Shown: one piece after another, positions 58,603 through 64,000 of the stretch | How positions within the stretch are numbered: position 1 is the stretch's first letter | How the letters are laid out: each line of letters opens with the position of its first letter | Assembly (NCBI GenBank): GCA_045612485.1 | Contig: JAZKZE010000030.1 | Span: forward strand, 2,386-66,385 | Direction: 5' to 3' | Source: Victivallales bacterium | Lineage (GTDB): Bacteria; Verrucomicrobiota; Lentisphaeria; Victivallales; UBA1829 | DNA length: 64,000 nucleotides | Translations under genes and position numbers: made by a program | Notes under the pieces: generated by a model | Seen by the model: the letters and a program-made list of their open reading frames with translations, nothing else | Databases searched by the model: none | Told to the model about the DNA's origin: nothing

Positions 58603-60960
58603 ATGAGTTTTTGTGAAAATGGAATTACCGTAAACAGAGTTACGTTCTATTTCGGTGAAAACGGTCTTCCGGAAAGGATCATCCTTCCTGCTGAACTGGA
58701 CAATAACGACCTTCTCGCAGCCCCCGGTCAATGGAATATCCTGGATGAAAAAGGCAACCGCCTTGAAGTCGTAATGGGGGAAGAAAGCGGCATGGAAGTA
58801 TTGAGAAAAAAAGATAATACTGCCGTAAAATTCCACAAACTCAAGGTCGTGGGTGATGATACTTTGCAGATGGATGTCCGTTACACCCTTTTCGATGACG
58901 GTGTGGTCTTTGCCGAGCCCTTCTTCTTCGGAAATATCTGCAATCCTCCGAAACTTTCCAAACTGGAACTGGTTCTCCCTCTCGCCATGCAGCAGTACCC
59001 CACTATCCGGTTTGCCATGCCCTACCGTCCTAAAACTGTTGACGGCAAACTCATCCAGACTTCTGCTCCGGAACGGGAACTTGTTCCCGGGGATGACCGG
59101 ATCATCGAAGACGGTATCTTCCCCCAGATCGGACTGTATGTCTGCTCTGAAAAAGGCCCCTCTTTCTATGCGGAGATCTTTATGGAATCCGACGGTTCCG
59201 CTGCCGGAAAAAATGCCGATACCAATTCTTCCGTCATCTGGAAAGACGGCAATCCCACTCTTACATGGAACTTCCAGAACAGACCCGATGCCCCTGTCTG
59301 CGGCCCCTGGCAGTGGAGAAACCGTTTCGGTTTCGTCATTGCCCCCGCCCCTGTGCAGAGAAAATATCCGCCCTTTGCCATGTATCACTACTTTGACAAC
59401 TTCCAGAGATTTCCCACAGATCAGGCTCTTCAGGCTGTGGCAGATGCCGGAGCGGATGTCCTCATCATCCATGAAAACTGGAGAAGCGATATTCAGAACG
59501 GCGGGATCCCCATCGACCGCAAACGGTTGAAAGAAGTGGTGGATTTTGCCCACGCCCACAATATCCGGGTAGCTCTCTACATGCGGGGAAGCGAACCTTC
59601 TGTAGATGAAAATCACCTTGACTGGTTTGCTGAAAACCTTACCCCCGGTTACGACGGACTCTATATGGACTACGGCGGACCTTTCGGTTTCAAACGCGCC
59701 GCCTGTGAATTGTTCCCCGGCGGTTCCATCCGTTTCTGCCACCACCATAATCTGGCAGTATTGAGAAGAAACACTGTGGAAAAGACCGGGATCGTTCTTT
59801 CCCATACCGGTCCCATGTATTCCGCTATCGGTATGACCGGCAACCTGATCGACGGTTACGTTTCCGGGGAAGGGGAAAGAGGACTGCTCCTCCGCAGCCG
59901 GTTCGATCACGCCTACTACTCCATGGCTGCGGTCTGCTCCGGTTCTCTCTGGAGTGCCGCATTTCCTGAATACGGAAGCAAAGAGATCGTTCCCTTCCTT
60001 GCCGCAACCGGTCAGTATCCCCACGTCCCGCTGGGAACACAGTTCAAGAGCTGCTCCCTTTCCCATCCTTCCGTGCCGGGGATCAATGACGCTCCTTTCA
60101 TGCCGCTGTGGAGATTGTGGCAGCTGATGAAGGGCAAAGAAGATCTTGCCATTTATAATGATTACAACTCTTACGGGATCTTCCCCAAAGAGGAGAATAT
60201 CTCCCACTATATGATGATTTCCGGCAACGAAAGAGCCGTTTGTATTTACGGAAACTTCTCCAAAGAATCTGTAAAAGTCGATCCCGCCATTTTCTGGGAA
60301 AAGACCTCCTTTGCCGCAGAAGGAAAGAAGATCACACTCTGTATGGATGGAAAAGCTGTTGCCTGGGACGGTAAAACACCCTTTGAACTTGCCGGACTTG
60401 GCGTTGCCGCCATCTGTGTGGGGGAAGCGGATTTTGCCGCTTACGAAAGACCCTATCCCGCCTTGTGTAAACAGGGGGAAGATCATCTTGCCAAAGTGAA
60501 ATTGCAGGAAGAACTGCGGAAATGTCCGGAAGAAGCGGAAAATTATTTCCTCCGTATCAAAGTACCGGATATCGCCCTTTCTTATGAAAACTCCATGGTG
60601 CTTGACCTGTATGACAACCGGTTTGTCCTGGGGGAAGTTATGGAAGACGGTTCCTTCAAACAGCTGGGCTATCTGGGGATCCATGGTTTCCAGAAAGAGG
60701 AGACCAGGCAGGAGGAATTTGTGATGAACGGTCAGGAATCCCCCTGGATCGACCTTAAAGCGGTTCTGGGCAGCGGAACAAAAAATCTTGCAATCTGGAG
60801 TCTGCACCGGGGCGATCTCTATTATGTGAATACACCCTTCTACTCTTTCATCCAGGCGGAACTGGGGAAAGAAAAGGGAAAAGCAGATTACATGCTGGAA
60901 TTTATGAACGAACTGGAAGATGACAGGGCATTTTTGCACTTCACAGTAAAGATCAAGTAA
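58603..60960 (+). CDS. Hypothetical glycoside-hydrolase-like protein (DUF6067-like TIM barrel), no signal peptide
   Basis: AAGGAG RBS, N-terminal beta-rich region, VLIIHENW, VALY, DGLYMD, LSH, SGE. Confidence 0.6.
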   Translation: MSFCENGITVNRVTFYFGENGLPERIILPAELDNNDLLAAPGQWNILDEKGNRLEVVMGEESGMEVLRKKDNTAVKFHKLKVVGDDTLQMDVRYTLFDDGVVFAEPFFFGNICNPPKLSKLELVLPLAMQQYPTIRFAMPYRPKTVDGKLIQTSAPERELVPGDDRIIEDGIFPQIGLYVCSEKGPSFYAEIFMESDGSAAGKNADTNSSVIWKDGNPTLTWNFQNRPDAPVCGPWQWRNRFGFVIAPAPVQRKYPPFAMYHYFDNFQRFPTDQALQAVADAGADVLIIHENWRSDIQNGGIPIDRKRLKEVVDFAHAHNIRVALYMRGSEPSVDENHLDWFAENLTPGYDGLYMDYGGPFGFKRAACELFPGGSIRFCHHHNLAVLRRNTVEKTGIVLSHTGPMYSAIGMTGNLIDGYVSGEGERGLLLRSRFDHAYYSMAAVCSGSLWSAAFPEYGSKEIVPFLAATGQYPHVPLGTQFKSCSLSHPSVPGINDAPFMPLWRLWQLMKGKEDLAIYNDYNSYGIFPKEENISHYMMISGNERAVCIYGNFSKESVKVDPAIFWEKTSFAAEGKKITLCMDGKAVAWDGKTPFELAGLGVAAICVGEADFAAYERPYPALCKQGEDHLAKVKLQEELRKCPEEAENYFLRIKVPDIALSYENSMVLDLYDNRFVLGEVMEDGSFKQLGYLGIHGFQKEETRQEEFVMNGQESPWIDLKAVLGSGTKNLAIWSLHRGDLYYVNTPFYSFIQAELGKEKGKADYMLEFMNELEDDRAFLHFTVKIK

Positions 60961-60975
60961 GTATTCCGGATACAG

Positions 60976-61002
60976 AAGGGGGGGGACGATCCCCCCTTTT
61001 TT
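60976..61002 (+). terminator. Intrinsic terminator
   Basis: AAGGGGGG...CCCCCCTT followed by a T run. Confidence 0.75.
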
Positions 61003-61025
61003 GTTGAAAAATTTTTTGAAAGGGT

Positions 61026-62195
61026 ATGATAATGAAAAGAAATATCTTTGCACTCTTTGCCGGAGCATTTTTTGCGGTAATGCTTCTCTGTTCCTGTAAT
61101 GTGGTACAGGCAAGTAAAAACAATCCTTCCGCCCTTACTGCAAAGCAGGAAAAACTTTTGAAGGTGGGCTATTTTGTAGGCGACGGCAGTAACGGTAACG
61201 GTGTATTCCTCTGGGCAAGACTTCTTAAAAACTCCCCCCAGCTGGATGTGACACTTCTTGAGGGGGAAGATATCCGCAATGGAAAACTTGATGACCTTGA
61301 GCTTCTTGTCATTCCCGGAGGTTCCAGCCGCCGCCAGTATCTGGATGTAACGGAAAAAGGCGGAGATAAAATAAGGGAATTTGTAAAAAAAGGCGGTTCC
61401 TATGTAGGGATCTGTGCCGGATTTCATTGTACGCTGAATAAACCCGACCGTTTCCGTCTTATGCCCTATACCTACCGTAAGGGGGCAGGGGGCTACCGGG
61501 CAAAAGTAGCCATCGACATCAATGAAAGAGGGGCAAAACTTCTGGACATCAGAAATGGCAGATATTTTGTCACCTATTCCAGAGGTCCCATCAGTAAGGA
61601 AGTAAAAGAGTGGGAACACGGGAAAGCGGAAACCCTGGGGATCTACAGAAGTACCGTAAGCCATATCGGGGTGAAAAGCAACTTTATGAATGCACCCGCC
61701 ATGATTTACGGCAACTACGGAAAAGGCAAGGTCATTGCCACAAGTTTCCATCCGGAAATGCACCGGGAAAACGATCCCATCTCCATGGGCTGTATCTATG
61801 CTGTTACCGGGATCAAACCCACGCCCGTTTATCCTGTAAAAGTTTACCGCCCTGTGCGTGTGGCATTTCTTTCCACTTATACAGTGGGCAAGGAACCCAT
61901 CCGGCAGCTGTGGGAACTGGATAAAGAAAAAGAGCTGGATGTAAGACTGCTGGGGGACAGCGAGTTAAGTGACGGAATGCTTCTCAATACTGATGTAGTC
62001 GTCATGCCCGACATCAATGCAAAAGGCAAGAAAAATACCTTGAAGAAATATAAAAAGAATTTTGAAGATTTCCTTGCCGGAGGCGGCAGGATCGTTGCCG
62101 GAAAACGCCTTGCAGATGCTCTTCCGAAGCACAAAAATGTTACCATTATCCCTTCCGGGGCATCTTTCGTGCAGGAGGCTTTGAGAAAACCGTAA
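61026..62195 (+). CDS. Lipoprotein with BPL-N / class I glutamine amidotransferase-like domain
   Basis: Lipobox-like LCS-C, IPGGS, GGSYVGICAG (Cys), GKGKV, SFHPE (His-Pro-Glu). Degenerate second domain. Confidence 0.8.
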   Translation: MIMKRNIFALFAGAFFAVMLLCSCNVVQASKNNPSALTAKQEKLLKVGYFVGDGSNGNGVFLWARLLKNSPQLDVTLLEGEDIRNGKLDDLELLVIPGGSSRRQYLDVTEKGGDKIREFVKKGGSYVGICAGFHCTLNKPDRFRLMPYTYRKGAGGYRAKVAIDINERGAKLLDIRNGRYFVTYSRGPISKEVKEWEHGKAETLGIYRSTVSHIGVKSNFMNAPAMIYGNYGKGKVIATSFHPEMHRENDPISMGCIYAVTGIKPTPVYPVKVYRPVRVAFLSTYTVGKEPIRQLWELDKEKELDVRLLGDSELSDGMLLNTDVVVMPDINAKGKKNTLKKYKKNFEDFLAGGGRIVAGKRLADALPKHKNVTIIPSGASFVQEALRKP

Positions 62196-62198
62196 AAA

Positions 62199-62238
62199 GT
62201 GTACGGAAGTGTACGGAAGCATACGGATCTGTACGGAG
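62199..62238. repeat. Four tandem 10-bp units with a TACGGA core
   Basis: GTGTACGGAA GTGTACGGAA GCATACGGAT CTGTACGGAG. Confidence 0.85.
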
Positions 62239-62244
62239 AAAAAT

Positions 62245-62431
62245 AAAGGGGCTGTTGCAAAACCTCAAAAAAGGTGAGCAACAGCCTTTTTCTATTGTTT
62301 GAGCAGAAAGTTGGAGGTATAATAAGTCATGATAGGAGAAAATCATGGCTTATTTTACAAATTCTCAAGGCTATTTGTTCCTTAGAAAAAAGAGGCCGCT
62401 GCGAAACATCAGGTTTTGCAACAGCCCCTTT
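62245..62431 (+). mobile_element. 187-bp MITE / internally deleted IS (IS1182-like ends)
   Basis: Perfect 21-bp terminal IR AAAGGGGCTGTTGCAAAACCT / AGGTTTTGCAACAGCCCCTTT. Internal sub-terminal copies, promoter, RBS and a stub ORF MAYFTNSQGYL...RFCNSP. Confidence 0.8.
62295..62323 (+). promoter_or_regulatory. Element-borne sigma70 promoter
   Basis: TTGTTT, 17-bp spacer, TATAAT. AGGAG at 62334, ATG at 62345. Confidence 0.65.
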
Positions 62432-62461
62432 TTTACTGGAATAAACTTTTTTCAGAATCGT

Positions 62462-62839
62462 TCAGCCAATATTTTCCCTGCCAAGCCGTATGGCTGTTAC
62501 ATTGTTATTTTCATCAAGGACGACTACTTTCGGACGGAAGGAAGCACTTTCTTCCGGCGTGAAATTGGCAAAACACATAATGGTGATCGTATCTCCCACG
62601 CTCCCTCTGTGGGCAGCTGCACCGTTAAGGCAGAATACTTTGCTGCCTGCTTTACCGGGTATGGCGTATGTTTCCAGTCTTTTGCCGTTGGTTGCATTGA
62701 CTACAAGGATCTTTTCATAAGGAAGGATGCCTGCTTTTTCAAGGATCTCGGAATCAATTTCCAAACTTCCTTCGTAATCAATATCACACATGGTGATCCT
62801 TGCTTTGTGGATCTTTCCTTTCAACATTTCCAGAAGCAT
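62462..62839 (-). CDS. panD: Aspartate 1-decarboxylase
   Basis: KIHKA, YEG-SLEID self-cleavage site, NGKRLETY, LNGAAAH. Confidence 0.96.
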   Translation of the reverse strand: MLLEMLKGKIHKARITMCDIDYEGSLEIDSEILEKAGILPYEKILVVNATNGKRLETYAIPGKAGSKVFCLNGAAAHRGSVGDTITIMCFANFTPEESASFRPKVVVLDENNNVTAIRLGRENIG

Positions 62840-62906
62840 ATTTTTCTCCTTATTTATCTGTCTGCCGTAAATGTGTCATTTAATATACAAGCATAAAACA
62901 GAAAAA

Positions 62907-63491
62907 TCAACCTTTCTTATACAGGGAAGAGATGATCTCCACACACTTTTCAATGCCGAATTTTCCGGTGTCAAGGGTAATGTGATAGTTTTTTGCTTCC
63001 CCCCAGCTCTGTCCTGTAAAGTAATTGTAATGGGCGGCACGTGCCTTATCTTTCTTCTTCAGGAACCGGACACATTTATCCGGTTTGATGTCCGGATTGG
63101 TGGCAAGGAGACGCACTTTGCGGAAATCCATATCTGCATGGATGAATATATTAAGGCAATCCGCTTTGTCCTTCAGAATATAATCTGCACAGCGTCCTAC
63201 AATAATACAATCTTCCTTTGAGGCAAGTCTGCTAATGATATTATGCTGGATGACCCACAGTTTTTCCTGATTGGAAAGTTCCCCGGTCCCGTGGGAAAGG
63301 ATCATGCTTAAAATCCCTTTGGAATATTCCCCTTCCTCCCGGATATATTCCGAATCAAAACCGCTTTTTTCCGCGATCTTTTCCAGTAAAATACTGTCGT
63401 AGCAGGGAATGGAAAGAGTTTCGGAGAGGGCTTTACCAACGGTGCTTCCGCCGCTGCAGAACTGTCTGCTTAATGTAATAATTTTTTTCAT
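62907..63491 (-). CDS. Cytidylate kinase-like family protein
   Basis: ITLSRQFCSGG, IIVGRCADYIL, FIHA, WG...YH. Confidence 0.88.
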   Translation of the reverse strand: MKKIITLSRQFCSGGSTVGKALSETLSIPCYDSILLEKIAEKSGFDSEYIREEGEYSKGILSMILSHGTGELSNQEKLWVIQHNIISRLASKEDCIIVGRCADYILKDKADCLNIFIHADMDFRKVRLLATNPDIKPDKCVRFLKKKDKARAAHYNYFTGQSWGEAKNYHITLDTGKFGIEKCVEIISSLYKKG

Positions 63492-63552
63492 TTGGTCTCC
63501 TTTCTTTCCCCCTTTGCGGGAATTTCATAATGCACAATTCGCTTTTCCGTAC

Positions 63553-63607
63553 TTGATTTATTGTAACGCTGTGCTATAATATAAATGCACAGTATGCTTT
63601 CTGTCAA
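63553..63607. promoter_or_regulatory. Overlapping oppositely oriented promoters
   Basis: Plus strand TTGATT-16-TATAAT with TG extension (63553-63580). Minus strand TTGACA (63607-63602)-18-TATATT (63583-63578). Confidence 0.5.
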
Positions 63608-63658
63608 GCCATTTACCCGGAAAAAATACAAAAATCCTGTTAAAAAGGAATCTTTTTT

Positions 63659-64000
63659 ATGAATAGCAATGTAAAATATATGCTGGAAGATAAAATTGAA
63701 AAAATTCTGCCTGAGATTATAGAATTCCGTCACTTACTGCACCGTATCCCGGAAATGGCAGGAAAAGAATATAAGACCTGTGAAGCGATCCGTAACGCTC
63801 TCCTTCCCCTTGATCTGGAGATCCTGCCCCCGTTCCTTCAAACAGATACCGTTGCTCTCCTTAACAGAAATAAAGCAAAAAATCTTACCCTGCGGGCGGA
63901 TATTGACGCTCTTCCTGTTGAGGAAGATCCTTCCTCCCTTCCTTATGCCTCCATTCATAAAGGAATGAAACACGCCTGCGGTCACGATGGTCATACTGCC
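63659..64000 (+). CDS. M20D amidohydrolase, N-terminal part (runs off the window; absent from the ORF track)
   Basis: My translation from ATG 63659: MNSNVKYMLEDKIEKILPEIIEFRHLLHRIPEMAGKE...LRADIDALPV...KHACGHDGHTA. Paralogue of 4252..5466. Confidence 0.92.
   Translation, partial: MNSNVKYMLEDKIEKILPEIIEFRHLLHRIPEMAGKEYKTCEAIRNALLPLDLEILPPFLQTDTVALLNRNKAKNLTLRADIDALPVEEDPSSLPYASIHKGMKHACGHDGHTA

Noticed and set aside
58390..61113. 907-aa minus-strand ORF
   Set aside because: It is the antisense shadow of 58603..60960. The sense gene avoids TTA/CTA/TCA, so the mirror frame has no stops. No motifs, and the composition is atypical.
62199..62431. Possible CRISPR array
   Set aside because: Units are only 10 bp with no spacers, the longer repeats are inverted, and there are no cas genes.
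1..64000. Active TAG reassignment, tRNA/rRNA genes, prophage or defence system
   Set aside because: No gene is split at TAG, I saw no cloverleaf or rRNA-like tract, and there are no integrase, phage or defence motifs.

Overview
A gene-dense, moderate-GC bacterial chromosomal segment with about 52 protein-coding genes. I found no rRNA, tRNA or CRISPR array. The [24 protein letters not shown] pilin-like protein, the DUF4838-like protein and the load of glycosidases point to a glycan-degrading Lentisphaeria/Victivallales-like anaerobe (inference, no search run). Housekeeping genes (cmk, rmuC, tcdA, hom, aspartate kinase, tsaE, thiL, panD, dus, rsuA) are interleaved with carbohydrate genes: GH36, three GH2, GH20-like, GH151-like, GH28-like, a beta-helix protein, an esterase, kdgK with a KDPG-type aldolase, a PfkB kinase and a lyxose/mannose isomerase. 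Main points. (1) A SusC/D-free glycan locus: AraC, pilin-like protein, DUF4838 protein, GH20, GH2. (2) The C-terminal module of the DUF4838 protein recurs as a stand-alone exported protein and, more weakly, on a beta-helix protein. (3) A hyaluronan-synthase-like GT2 sits beside that locus. (4) A 187-bp internally deleted IS/MITE keeps a consensus-like promoter aimed antisense into panD. (5) A Cmk-thioesterase fusion. (6) An ectoine-type aspartokinase paired with hom. (7) 0 of 51 complete gene ends use TAG, with apparent CCGG enrichment and CTAG depletion. All family calls come from motif recognition by eye, not database searches.
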